Of a stretch of DNA of 64,000 bases, positions 35,017-48,115 are shown piece by piece (position 1 is the stretch's first letter; each line of letters begins with the position of its first letter). This stretch comes from Botryllus schlosseri. Taxonomy: Eukaryota. Location: assembly GCA_051294905.1 (NCBI GenBank), contig CM119373.1, positions 7,998,001 through 8,062,000 of the forward strand, given 5' to 3'. The translations under genes were made by a program, and so were the position numbers. The notes under the pieces are model-generated. The model ran no database searches. It was not told the origin of the DNA and was given only the letters and a program-made list of their open reading frames with translations.

Positions 35017-37798
35017 TCATTTTTTCATGTGAAAATGATTGTTTAAATGAACGGAAAAAGTAACCCCTGAACAAATCAATTCTATGCAAAAAATATAAAC
35101 CTTGAAATAAAATAAATTGAAAATTGCTATTTTCTTCGTCTTTCTGCAGCTGCGGCCGGGTTTTGATCCGGCATTCTTATTAGGACCCGTGACGCGTAGC
35201 TTCCCATCAGATGAAACGTGCAAAGCGTTCACGGCCAATATTGGTTCCGCAAGAAACTTAGTAACTGCCTTTTGTTTCTCCTTTTCCGACTTATTGTCCC
35301 ATTCGTATAAATTCGTTTCGTATTTTAGATACTGATCCTTCAGTCGATACATGCCTTGATCGTAAAAAAGCTCTCTGAACGTCCAAATACATGGTCGTGA
35401 CCATTTTGTGCAGAAGATCAATCAATTTAGTTAATTTACATTTTTGCCATTGTGTCTGTACCTTGATCATAAAATTCGCAGTTTCACAATTATTATTTGT
35501 ATACAGTCCTTCGGAATTCGATTGTCGGTCCAATATTCTATTTGACGCCCAAACCTTGTCGCGAGCCTTGGTGAGGAGTGAATTGAGGTATGGAAGTGTC
35601 TGTGGGCAGTTTTCCCTGCAGTACTCCCTCAGTGCGTCTTCCGCTGACGACAAAGATGCAAGGCTGGATGATTTCATCAATTGGAATAAATTTTCTATTA
35701 TTGTTCTTCGAATTGTTTCATTTGCCCCGATCTTTATCAAATGATCAGCAACATTTTTTTTCATGGGGCTATAGCAGAGAATATGTGAAGCACCTGGCAA
35801 GCCATCCAATAAGCCATTATACATTGCCCGCTCGTCGTCGGTTCCAATTATTAAATTATCTGCAGCTGGAAACTCCTTTTGCAACTGGCTAGCAAATATA
35901 GAAAATGATGACCTGCACGATTTCGTATGTAGGAATATTGGGCCCAGGAATATAGGAGATTGGCCAGTGTCTCTTTTGATTATGCTCAGATTTTTAAACA
36001 CCATTACTGTTGCGTATATTTTCCCAAGATTATATGTTTTATCGACTGAGAGCGGAGTATCCCCAGTAAAACAGAATCGTTTGACATCCGCAATTTGTTC
36101 TGGTATAAACAGAGTAGCGCAGAACGGTTCGTCCTTGTCTATAGCACAAGATTGTACGTAGGGGTGATTGCTAATCATGCTGAATACTTGCTGATAGTCG
36201 TCCGATACCTTATTTCCTGTTCCGCTGACAACTTGGATTGGAAATTCTTTTGCCTTCTGTATTTTTTTCTGGTCTCGAATTTGCTGTTGATTAATTGGCT
36301 GTTTGGTTTTAAAATCTGGATCTGTCATTAGCATTGTGTACACTTTTTTTGGTGGAATAAATTTGGTCAATCTCTTTACTTCAGACAAAAGCTGTGGTGA
36401 GCTCTTCATATATATCCCGGCAGATGCAGCATTTCCATGAGGCGCGTGCCCAGGAAAGACACCCATGTATTCATACAATGCGATTTCCGATTCATGTCCG
36501 ATTAACCAAGTAATTCTCCTCTGATATGGGCGATTGACTTTGCTTTTACAATGGTAAACACCGATCTCGAATAGGATGTACTTTGTTGCATCATTGAATT
36601 CAGGTACCTCCGGCCAAATGTAAGTCTTCCCTCTCCTAATACGATCACATAACTTCCCGTCGCGTTTGAATACAATTTTTGAAAAGTCGCTGTCAATCCC
36701 TTTGATGTAATATGTGGTGGACCTATTATGCTCGCACCAAGCTCCGCAATCATCGATGAATGCATATTTAAGGTTGTTATCTTTCCTTTTTCTATTTGCA
36801 TCATTTCTCACGAGAAAATATATGTCTTGTTTTAGTCCTCGCGGGACTGCTTCTAGAGGTTTGTTGCTCCGTGACAGCTCATCAAAAACCTTTCGCAGTG
36901 GAAGAAATGAGCCATGCAGAAGTGGACTGCCGTATTCTATTTTCGTTTTTTCATTACAATTAATATCTGGATCTGATTCGTCTTGTGCTTCTAATTTTAT
37001 GTGCTTCTGCTTATTTTCTTGGTTATTTGAATCATGCAACAAACACTCAACGTCATGTGGATCATCATGTGCTGTTCTTTTCGCTTTTTTTTTGCAATGA
37101 CCATCTAGATTGATTTCTTTTGCTTGTAGTTTCTGCTGCTCTTTTTCCTGGACAAACAAGTTATCTGAATTAATTAAACTCTTGGCGTCATTTTCGCTTT
37201 CATTTATGTGCTTCTCTTCTTCCTCGTCGGTCGAATCATTTACATCTGGCAACAAATTTACTACGTCATCGTTACGACATTGCAATAAATTAAAATGGTT
37301 GATTTTCAAATGGTCCGAAAATGATAATGATATCCGGGATGTCCACATTATTTCGACACCGCAGTGTTTTGATGCTCGTACGTTCCTGCCAATCACTTTT
37401 CTTGTATAGGTTCTGCTCTGTAAATCGTAAATACCGTCACTTGGCATGTACGAGAAGATGGGAGCGTTTATGGCTGCGCTTGCAGCATACATATGTACAA
37501 GGCCGGAAAACTTCGCTATCCCGCTGGCTGAACGAAGAATTTCTCTGTAAGGTGGAGTCAAAATCTTATAGTCATTGAGGATATCGAGATGACTACCCCG
37601 TTCCCCAACATCGTACCACTTACTATTTTTCAGGATTTCCAAAGTTGTCGCCAGCCTCAGACGCAAGAGGAATTTCTCAGAGCCATATAAACCCAAAGAG
37701 CGTGCTCTGTAGAAACAGTTACCATCCGGGTTTGTCGACCGAGGTGAATAACGCAGCAGCACTCGTGGAGAAAGTGCTTTTAATATTGATACTGTTAC
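35017..37798 (-). pseudogene. OTU-like protease + MULE DDE transposase (3' part of a PHD-OTU-MULE ORF)
   Basis: OTU motifs TNPDGNCFYRA..LRL..LEIL.N..WY and INHFNLL; MULE motifs LSVDKTYNL, IGTDDERAM, HILCYSP (CxxH with H to P), TNNNCETAN; +1 frameshift in a T-run at ~35365 joins the C-terminal frame 35017..35421. Confidence 0.92.
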
Positions 37799-37887
37799 TA
37801 TAGAGTATGACTGGAGTGACGACTCGATTGTTCTCCCATTGTTAGCCGGCAGAATGGTCACGGTCAGATGGCTGCACCCAAAACAGT

Positions 37888-39073
37888 CAGTGTTGCCAAT
37901 TTAGCGATTTTCGCGCTAGATCTAGCGATTTTTCATCTGGTTTAGCGCCAAAAATATGGATCTAGCGCCTAGCGACAAATCCAGCGATTTTTGAAGAAGT
38001 ATTTAGCGATTATTTAGCGCTTTTTTACCGTAAATAACTAATAAAGATCAGTTCTGGCCGACGACTGCATTGGCTACACCGGCCACCAGAGTGCGGACTC
38101 CGATGATATATAATATTGCATGGTGTTCTAAGAACACTATGATTATAGATTACTAACCAACGTATAGATACGCAACTCCAAGCGGTAACGCATGGGCAAA
38201 CAGTGTTTATTCTTGCTGAGTAATCTAAAAGTAACATAATTGGAAGTGCTACATCTGGCGACTTGGGCGCTGAAATGTAAAATAATTGACATTGATCGAA
38301 AGCTAGTGTCGCAGTGATTTCGGAAATGCAAAATAAAATCGCGTCAGGACAATGCATGCGCCTCGAACCGGCATTGCTCCAACAATGGCACCGTCGCAAC
38401 GCGAAGAACATAACAATGACCAATTTCGTCCAGTGATTGCTCGGATCAATGCCAATTTCAGACTTCGGGGGCTGTTTTGAGGTCGTTCCGTTGTCTTGAA
38501 AAAAATTTAATTCGTATTGTCGGAATCAATGTGACACTAGCTTTCGTTTGAGACCAAATTCATTAAATTTCATAGCCCGGGTTGGTCCTCGGTCTCCACT
38601 TATAGTGGCTGGCATACCCGGTTCAAGTCGTGTTGTGTCGGGTCAAGTTGTATGTCGTGTACAAGTGTTTCCAGTGACATGTGTTCAAGTACTCACACAC
38701 AGTTTTGTGAAGTCAAGCGCATTTCCACGCTACATCGCATCACGTATTCACGGACGCATCGAGCAAGGCAGGCTTATGTAGTGAGCGGTTATGCCTGCAA
38801 ACCTGGTCAGCGGTCACGTATAGCGATCATTGCGCAAAGCGATCTGCTTTATCGAAATGCACTGCACGTTTTGTCCCGCTGTGACTTTTGGTCCCAGACG
38901 AGTAAAATATAACTGAGAAGAATGTATTGATATTATGGTTCAATTTAACACCTTTGGCAATTACTGCAGATTTGTCGCTATTTTTTAGCGCCTTTTTCTC
39001 AATATTTAGCGATATCTAGCGATTTTTGAAACCAGTTTTAGCGATTTTCTTCCATCCGGAGTTGGCAACACTG
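37888..39073. mobile_element. hAT MITE with (TAGCGA)n arrays inserted in the left TIR of the P element
   Basis: TIRs CAGTGTTGCCAA/TTGGCAACACTG; the empty site is preserved in the right TIR (43981-43995); TSD AACAGGAT on the right, AACAG--T on the left. Confidence 0.92.
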
Positions 39074-39349
39074 AACAGGATCGCTCAGTGCTTGTTTCAA
39101 TGGCGTTCAAGGCGATTCGTCGTGTATTTCTTGAAGTTGCGTCGGATTTAGTTAGACAGTTCAACATTTAGGTAGCGGTGGCGAGTCGTTATGACTAGTG
39201 AATAATACCGTGTAGCCTATGTTACATTTCTCATGAGATTGATGTGATATTGTGGCTTTGATCCTTTGTAGAGTTTGCTACGTATATGAATATAATGACA
39301 GAAGGTATAGAATATCTGGTTCGTGTGCATTGACTATTTTGAGATGAAT

Positions 39350-42300
39350 TCATGGAAAGAAAGACTGAAGAATACTACAAAGTGAACAAGTGGAAAGATC
39401 TTGAACTATATCTATATGTAATTCACAATATCGTTGATTGAAAATATGTCCTATATTAACTGCAGAAACTCGAGTATGGATATAACAAATAATATTGCAA
39501 CTGCCTTGTGGTCCTATATAATGCCTGTCCGATAACCCCAGAAACTTGAGCATGACTAGAACAAGAGCCTTGTGTAATGTTAATGTTCTGCTTGAGCTCG
39601 ACTCGCAATAGACAGCTTACTCCTTGGAAGCGTGAAAAATCGAACTTGAAGGGAACTCGTTGTCATTGCCAAGAATACAGGAAGACGTCTGCCGGTCGAC
39701 ATTAGTAGTAAGCCAATGCACCACGTCAAGGTTTCGACCAACGCATTGGTTTCCTTTTTTAGGTAGGGAACCTCAATGTGGATAGGCAGCATTTGCCACA
39801 GAGAGAAAAAACTACCATACTAACACTACCAATAACTACATTCGCTTCATTTGCTGCATCTTTTCTTGGTCATGGGTTCCTGGCAGACTTTTGTCCAAGG
39901 ATTTTGATCACCATAGGCATAGGTTGTATTCGCACCTTTCACTCTTTTTATAGCCTTACGCTGACATAAGGCATTCACTGAGTAACTGACTTGGCTAATA
40001 TCTGGATTCCTGCTGTATCTCATCGAAGACCGCTGTTAAAAAGGCAGTCACGAATTCATTAGTGAATAATATTAATGAATGTAATTACTGAAGTTACCAA
40101 AGATCCAAATGCTGCTTCCAGAACATCTTGTGTTAGGACTCTGAAAGATACTGATTCCACGCCACCATTCAAAAGCCGAATTGCTAGCTTGACCATGTTC
40201 TTTGTGGTAAACATCAATCCATGCAACGTAGGCCTTGCCATAAGACGCTTCTCCTCTCCTTTGTGTTTCTGCTCCACTTACCGCTTAAAATGGATTAATA
40301 AAGTGTTAGCAACTATAAAGCAAATGATATTTACAGTCATACCCTCCAGTCATCCAGATATTTCATGAAGTGATCTTGTAGCCATGACAATCTTTCATCA
40401 GTTGTGCTTTTGATGTCGGTTGCTGTCATGATTTTGAACCACTTATCAAAAAGAAGAACAAATTCAGCAGTCCCTTCCGAATTTGGCACTTCATATTCAA
40501 GGGATTTTCCGACTTCGTGGCTCAAAACCTCTTTTGCCAAATATACTCTCATCTTCAATGAAGATACAATTAGAATATGCAATGGACCAGGACCAATGAC
40601 AGTTCTCATACCTTGCTGTATGAATCTAATTCAATGTGGGTACGGGTGATTTTATTGGGTGTGTGCAGTGGTTGGTCCATGTTTTTTTTATACAATTCCC
40701 TGATGTGAGTCCAAAGTATATCCTTGCCCGATTTGCATAAATACTTCGTACCAGCAGACTTGGACGAATAAAGTGAATTTCTTGCCGTCTGTAATAAATC
40801 ACAAAAACGATTGGAGCAATAGTTACGACCACAGATAAAATTGATTGTAACTATACCTTCAACAGATGACTCGTGTCGGAACAAATGAAAATGGGCTCAT
40901 GAAGATTGGTAGGATGTGGCGCAGTGTAGTTGAGATAGTTTGGATTTGACATGGATCCATGTATCATTGAAAAGAACTTCCGGTTAGTTGAAGCACCATC
41001 TGCTACGACAGCATGAATTTGTACATTGTACAAATTACACACCATAACTGCTTCCCAATACAATGAAGTCAGTTGAAAAGCAGCGGTATTGGTTGTCGGC
41101 CACCATGAGAGTGGAGTTGAAATTTTGCGGTCGAATGAACGCAAGTAGAACACTGAAAAATAAAATTCTCAGAAAAGAAATAGAATCCCGTTATTATGGT
41201 ATTAGCACATCTATTAACAAACTTGCACCCGAATAAGTAGTAACAGAGACAAGAAACTCACTGCAAATATGTGTGGCGATTTCATTTGATGAATATCGAT
41301 CACCATAATCTACAAATCCTATAATGCGCCCATCTCGGTACACCAAATTATCTCTCACTGTAACAAGGAGTCCATTAAATGATAGGTCATAACTAAAGAT
41401 TACCGTATTACCTTTCATTTCATCTACTGTAAGGTACGCATGAATTGTATCAGAATTATTTTTCAGCTGTTCCAATGCACCCTCACAGATCCCAGGGTTT
41501 CCAGATCCAAAGTTTCTGAACAAAGTGAGTGCATGAGAAATGTGTAACAATGAGGGATAACCGAGTTACGAACCTGTATTGTCTGAGGACTCCGGCTGAT
41601 GGTGGTGTTAGAACACCTGTGCGCCGGAGCATATGATATGCAGAAGGAGACCTTGCATACATTTCAATGGCCCATCTGACAACATCAGGGTGGTATCGCC
41701 TTGCATTCTGATGTTTCTGGGCATTTGCACATTGTTCCTCGAAGAACATTTGCTGCCATTCATTCATAGAGTTTGATTCGGCCTTGTACAAGTTCTGAAG
41801 TATGATATAGCCTACATAAACGGATGCATTTGCTTAGCAGGTTCGCCGATAAGATAGTCACCAAGATATCTGAGTGGAGGTGTTCATCGACAGTCACCAT
41901 ATTTTCCTCCGATATACACGGCAATTTTTCTTCCTTTGAATATCTAATGTTGAATTTGGTTTTTGTGTCGTATTTCAAGCAACAGTCACACATTGAATCC
42001 TCTTCCGACACTGAAAAATATATGGTGATCTGATAGCCTAAAACCTCAGAGTGCTAAAACCAAGAAGCTTACCAATTACTGTACAATAAGGTGACCTCAC
42101 ATACGATTGCTCGGTTTTCAAGTGGTCATTTGACCATGCCAAAATTTGATGCATTTTTGTGTTTTTCGTTTTTTCTTGGACCCCAATGCATAAATTTACT
42201 TTTTCCATGGTACCTGTGTCCAAATTAAGTCATTCTGCTACTCGTTTAGATTTTGAATTCAATTTACCTATGAAAGTTTGGAGAGTCATGTGCTTTATAT

Positions 42301-43468
42301 CGCAATCACCCAGGTAACTAGCTTGAAATTTCCAACCATTTAGAGCAGCAGAAATGAAATCAAGATTGCTGGAAAAAACAACTCTAAAGAAAGAAATAGT
42401 TTTTATATGCGAATGAAATATTCAATTGAACTTCTTGTTATATATAGGCTACCTCAGAGTAGGCACAATTTCATTTTCATCTCTCCAGTTTTCAATGAAT
42501 AATTGTTCCTTCCTCTCAAAGAAATTCCAGGTATCTTAAGTGCAAGCCGTATTCACAATTCAGAAATAACTGATGATTGGAGGAATTATTTTCCCACCTC
42601 TGCATGCTTTACTGAGTTTTTTAGCTTGTTTGAGAACATCCTCAACATTTCTGTGCCTGATACTCTCTGGTAGCTGACACCTTACAGCAGGCAACTGGCG
42701 TTGTACTTTCTTGATAATAAATTGGATGTGTACATATTACTGTTATTACTTCATCTCGGAGATTACTATTACTTCACATATCCTGAAAATCTCTACGACA
42801 AAACTGACGACAAATTTACATCACTATACAACAAGTTGATGATGAGAATGGATTCAAATTGATCTAAAAACATAGTGCTGGAACAACTATCCTGCTACAG
42901 CAGATCTAGTACCACACTTAATAAAGAACTGTTCATCAACTCTACTGCTGAATGCAAAATGGATGCACTCGAATGATCTACATAGAATAGCACAAGAATA
43001 TAAGCTGTACTGATTCTGATGAACAATTCAAGTAATAGGATTGGTAAATCAATCATTTCCAAAAACTTACCTCCATAGTGTTGCATTTATCCGGTAGGTG
43101 ATTTTTAGGTAATGCTCCAATTTTTAGTTTTGTTAATTTGCTAAATCTGATGATGTCATCCTCATCAAAATGGATTTCAGATATGGCAGCACTGATTAAC
43201 ATATCCCATGTGTTATAGTATGAAGTTGTTACACAATGCTGCATCCTCCATGAACATCAACTCACCTTTCCTTGTGTAGCAAATGCTTGATGTTATCTCC
43301 CCGGGCTGCATCACGGATAGAGAGAAGAAGTCTGGTCATTTTTTGGTGCTGCTCCTTTTCCTCTTCATTTTGTATAAATTCAGGCCTTCGCACACAAAAT
43401 AGCGCCCTTTTCTGTGACTTGTCCTTTCTGGTGAAACTGCATCCCGGAGTGGCGCAGTTATTGGGCAT
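39350..43468 (-). pseudogene. Multi-exon THAP + P-element transposase gene (degenerate)
   Basis: MPNNCATPGC..KE|intron|..ISEIHF..GALP (THAP; Cys of CxxH changed to Ser), RYHPDVVRW..SPSAY..LTPPS, TVDEMK|54-nt intron 41358-41411|VRDNLVY..GFVDYG, VVADGASTNRKF, SDTSHLLK|ARN, KMRVYLA, TQDVLEAAFG. Confidence 0.92.
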
Positions 43469-44074
43469 ATTATAGATTATTCTAGAATCTAGATGAACCT
43501 GTTCAAGAACATGAAATTTGATGACAGGTAACAGGCATGTATTGGCATTTCTAGACAGCCAAGACACGGTGCCAAGGTTTCAACAATAGCATTGCATTCC
43601 TTACATTATAAAGAACCCCACAGTGATAGCAGTAGCAGTAGTCAAAATGGTAAAGAAATACCATGGCCTAAACAATTCCAACAATAACAAAAAAGCAAAG
43701 CCATTCCACGGCACCGTGATTGAAACGAGAGGTTTGAAGGTACAGAAAATGGTGCTAAAAGAGCATATTGTTCATTTTTTTTCAAGCCATCTCGCAAACT
43801 TTTTGTGTGACGAAATATGATCTAAATCTGGCGAAAAATATAACACAGGCTACACGGTACTATTCACTAGTCATAACGACTCGCCACCGCTACCTAAATG
43901 TTGAACTGTCTAACTAAAACCGACGTAACTTCAAGAAATACACGACGAATCGCCTTGAACGCCATTGAAACAAGCACTGAGCGATCCTGTTTTGGGTGCA
44001 GCCATCTGACCGTGACCATTCTGCCGGCTAACAATGGGAGAACAATCGAGTCGTCACTCCAGTCATACTCTATA

Positions 44075-44428
44075 CTGTTACCGCATCTTCTGTGCCTACT
44101 TGAGTGGAAGGAATAGATAATTCCGAGATAAGCCGTACATCGTGAATATTCATTAACATCTCCCTGGTTGCCATTGTGCGTAGACAGTTCCTTCCAGTGA
44201 CATTTCTGTCGATTCTGTTGAGGACTTTCTCCACGTCGTACTCATGCCCCTTGAAACTGCACTTTTTACAATAAAATTCATGCCTTTCGCAAACCCTTTT
44301 ATTAGCTTCTGTGTCGCAATTTTTTAGGCAGGAAAATGCGTCCACTCAGAGCACTCGTCACATTGGATGCAAGCTTTCTCTGTCGTATCTGAAGAGCATA
44401 CGCCACAAGGATATTTCAATTCCGACAT
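44075..44428 (-). pseudogene. 5' part of the PHD-OTU-MULE ORF (PHD finger)
   Basis: MSELKYPCGVC..CIQCDECSEWTH(fs)SC..FYCKKC is a C4HC3 pattern; ..TEDAVTV joins in frame across the 7-bp TSD to SILKALSP.. at 37798. Confidence 0.9.
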
Positions 44429-44687
44429 GTTCAGTCAATGATTTCACTGCTTCAGTAATATATCCAACAATCTGAGAAAAACTCCGCAACTTTGTCATTT
44501 ACGATCTGTTTGAAACGAGACTTAGCTTACTCTTTGACAGTTACTAGCAACGAAGGTTGTCACGTATATTAGTGAACGGTAAATAAATTATGTAGTAGCC
44601 AATTATTCCACTACATAAATAATGATATCAACTAATCTGACAACAGCTGCGCAAACTCAATACTATAGGTCCGAAACGAATTGCAGG

Positions 44688-44845
44688 TTACTAGTTGTGT
44701 AAAAAAACGCATCTTTGTGACGCCGTCCGAAGTATACCATGAATTGTCTATGACGACATTGATGTCTTATCAACTAGTATGTAAAAATCGCATATTTGTG
44801 ACGTCCAAAGTAGACCATGAATTGACTATGACGACATTAATGTTT
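44688..44845. repeat. ~80-bp tandem duplication
   Basis: ACTAGT..TGTAAAAA..CGCAT.TTTGTGACG..CC.AAGTA.ACCATGAATTG.CTATGACGACATT.ATG twice. Confidence 0.85.
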
Positions 44846-45367
44846 TATTTAGCCAATTAATAGACAAGCGTTCAACTTGATGCATTTGGGAATTGAGATC
44901 GAAATCCCGTTCTTCACATTCGCATCCTTTTCACTCCTTCATCTTATTTGAGTTCTTTTGTCGGCTCAGGGATCACAGAGGAACTTCCGCCGCTTGGCCT
45001 CTGCGTACCAAATGTTGGAAGTAACGACTACCGGTAGCAGTATAGATTATGCTTCAAAGGCCGCCTGTTCGATGCTAGTCCAGGTCACGCTAGCAAAGCG
45101 TCTCCTTTAGACGCTTCAAACCATCTGACAAAATGCAAATAAAACGAATTTTAAAATCGGCGACCGATAAACTCAAGAAATGATAACCTACCTGCGTGAA
45201 CTGCGTATATCCACACGGCCTTTTGTGATTGTCCAAGTTCAAGTATGCTAGCGTATTTTTCTCTTTGCTACGAATTCGGCAATATCTATATTGCGTAACT
45301 GTAACATTCTTTTATCGCTAGGAGATATCTAATGTGTAATTATAGTAAGTTTGATTGCTGTTAAAAC

Positions 45368-47380
45368 ATGGCCACCGGAAATTTGGTCGAAGTCGTGTCT
45401 ATCTATGGCAGTGGTCGGGAACCTTTTTCGTCCGAAGAGCCATATTGGCCCAATTTTTTTCCATTTCAACTCCCAAAGAGCCATACACGTCTTTCAACTG
45501 TTACTTCACAATTGAAAATTTGTGACGTCATGGTAGCACATGGGATTCGTCGTGTGCGCCTCATTTTCTCTGTAAAAAATTCGTACTTATCATGCTGGTA
45601 ACCGTATTCAAGCATGCGAAATTTGAGTTAAGAGAACGTAGCTTATTGCGACAACCCATGATCACATCCGTAAATGGAGCCAAACATGATCACTACAGCC
45701 GTATATACCCAATGTAAGTTGTGATACATCAGTGACATGGGGTCGGGGGAGGCAAGCGAGGCAGTTCGTCACCTGTCGCTACGATGAGTGAACGAAAATT
45801 GTGAAAATTTCAATGACTATTGGTATTTTCTATCGATGTTAATGAATGACTGAATTTTGAACATTTTCCTCTTAAAATTAGGCGACTTGCATATTTATTA
45901 TTCGAAAATACAGCCCGATGCGATAGGTAAGGCACAGACGGGCGAAACGTCGACATTGATACCGCAATTCATCGTAAATAGCTTAGAATTCATAATAACT
46001 GATGTGAACTGAATGTAACTGTTGCACTGATTCCGAAAATCTAAATACTGATCGACTTCTCAATTCTGAAAGTATTTGGCGAGAACATAACGTTGCGCTA
46101 TACATGCCTATATTTTATCGCTGGTGTCACAAAGTGACATACCAATCAAGAACGTCGATAGCTATGGCGTTGTTTGTAATTGCGAATGTCACTTCCACGG
46201 CAGTTCATTTCGCGCCATAAATCAGGAAAACGGAGCGTATGTATATTTGATAACTACGTTGTCATTTATGGGCATCACCATGTCTGCTATTCTCTTTGAT
46301 CAATCAACGTATCGTGCAATCCAAGATTTCAAGTCGGGTACATCGAATTCGCACGTGATATTCGTCGCCGGCGCGACAGTAACTTCAATTTGGGGATTTT
46401 GAAAAGGGCTGTCCGAGCCCCTAACCCTGAAGACGACATTGTCTTTACCTTTCAAAGACATGTTCATACGCCCACGAGAATGATTATTGTGGTCGTGATG
46501 AAATTTTACTAACAAGTTGCTGCAATATTGATCAATTCAGTAACAAAAAAAATTTATTTGGCAAAGAGCCATATCTTATACCCAAAAGAGCCATATATGG
46601 CTCGCGAGCCATAGGTTCCCGACCGCTGATCTATGGCATGATGAAATATTCCGATGAGGCAAAAAATGCTTTCTGCAAGGGCTAATTAAAGTATAAGTCA
46701 GGATTTGTACTTCAAGTTACAATGCGTGGCCATACAGTCCATGGAATTGTCAGGGCGTCAATGAAGGATAGGAGTTACAATGCTGAGGTTCTTGTTGACG
46801 GCTGTGGGAATATTTTAGATGCAAAATGTGCCTGTCCGAATGGGACGGAGTTTTGCAGTCATATGGTAGCAACAGCCATATACGCAAACCGTTAAAGGAT
46901 TTTCAAGGACTAATTTACCTAATTCCTGGATTTCAGAGCCCAAATCATCATTTTCTGAAATGAAACCAATTTCCCAGATATTTCCAGATATCAAACCTTT
47001 CCAAGCGATCTCACAGCCAGTTAATTCAACCGACAAAATGTATCTGTTTGAGCGTCTGAAAGCTGCATCCAGTGATTGTCCAATGACATGGATTGTTGGG
47101 CCAGAACAGGAACCATCTCATGATAGTGGTTTCAAACCACCACACATGGAAGACTTGATTCCAATCTACATGAACGATACCAGAGAGTTTTTGGAAAAAT
47201 GTAAAGTTAATGTCGGGCAAATAAAATGGTTGGAAACTGTGACTGCAGCACAACGAGAGTGTCCAATTTGGGGCAAGTTCAGGTCACTACGGTTAACGAG
47301 CAGTAATTTCGGAAGGGTGATACACAGTTATGACCGGCATTATTTAGATATGGTTTCATTCCAGCATTGCACTGCACAAT
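45368..47380 (+). pseudogene. SWIM zinc finger + YqaJ/lambda-exonuclease ORF (ISL2EU-type second protein), split by a MITE
   Basis: After MITE removal: MATGNLVEVVSIYGMMKY..KG*LKYKSG..VRASMKDRSY..AKCACPNGTEFCSHMVA (SWIM CxC-x6-CxH), then TAAQRECPIWGKFRSLRLTSSNFGRV (YqaJ N-terminal motif); truncated before the catalytic motifs. Confidence 0.8.
45409..46628. mobile_element. hAT MITE with GAGCCA repeats (1220 bp)
   Basis: TIRs CAGTGGTCGGGAACC/GGTTCCCGACCGCTG; perfect 8-bp TSD ATCTATGG (45401-45408, 46629-46636). Confidence 0.95.
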
Positions 47381-47599
47381 GAAACAAGACTGCTGCTAGT
47401 AAAAATAAAGAATCATCGGCACAGTGATAAATTATGTGCTTCAAGAACAAATATGAGCATGCGACATACTTAGTTTGAGTAACTTGAGCATATGACTTTA
47501 CAACGTAAAACACTTCTGAAATGGACCCGTAAATATAGACCCTGTGTACTGCAAAATTCCATCCATATGCTGAAGTGTCACGCTTTAAAGTCGCATGCT

Positions 47600-48090
47600 T
47601 ATGTCAAAGGATCTAATGGAATGGAGTATAATAACAAAATATTGTCAAGGAAAACAAGACAGTCAGCGTGCCAATATACTAAGGTAGAGTATGAACTACT
47701 GTTGAACAACTTGTACAGTCATATTCAAGTCAAATTAGTGGGCCTATCACGGCCTGACAGTATGTGCTCAAAATTTTTGAAGAAATTATTAAATTATCCA
47801 GTAACACTAATTCAGCCCATATGCTGAAAGAGTCACACGCTATCCAGCCACATGTTCATGCCCACGGATTCAATGGACTGATAAATAGAAACGCAATATT
47901 GCAAATAAAAACAAGATAATGTCCTAGGATAAAACTAGAGTATGAACTACTGTTCCGCAACTTGCACAGCAATAACCAAGTCAAATGACTTAGCCTATAG
48001 TAGGCCCTTCACCTATGTGCTCAAAATTGTTGAAGGCATTATTCAATTTTCCACAGACACTAAATTCAACCAACATGTGTCACGCACCAT
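47600..48090. repeat. Old ~240-bp tandem duplication
   Basis: TAGAGTATGAACTACTGTT..CAACTTG.ACAG..CAAGTCAAAT..TATGTGCTCAAAATT.TTGAAG at ~47684 and ~47936. Confidence 0.75.
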
Positions 48091-48115
48091 CAATCCACAT
48101 AGGGCGGTATATATA

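Larger units (their letters stand above)
37799..44074 (-). mobile_element. P-superfamily (Galileo-like) transposon with long TIRs
   Basis: TIRs ~234 bp (43841-44074 versus 37799-37887 + 39074-39224) starting TATAGAGTATGAC; perfect 7-bp TSD CTGTTAC (37792-37798, 44075-44081). Confidence 0.95.

Noticed and set aside
37799-37861. Start of the 856-aa ORF (MTILPANNGRTIESSLQSYS)
   Set aside because: These codons are the P-element TIR (the same peptide appears at 44013-44074); the true N-terminus is at 44428
45000-45300. THAP domain partner of the SWIM-YqaJ ORF
   Set aside because: Only weak traces (AVWIYAV, LPTF) across frames with stops; cannot be supported
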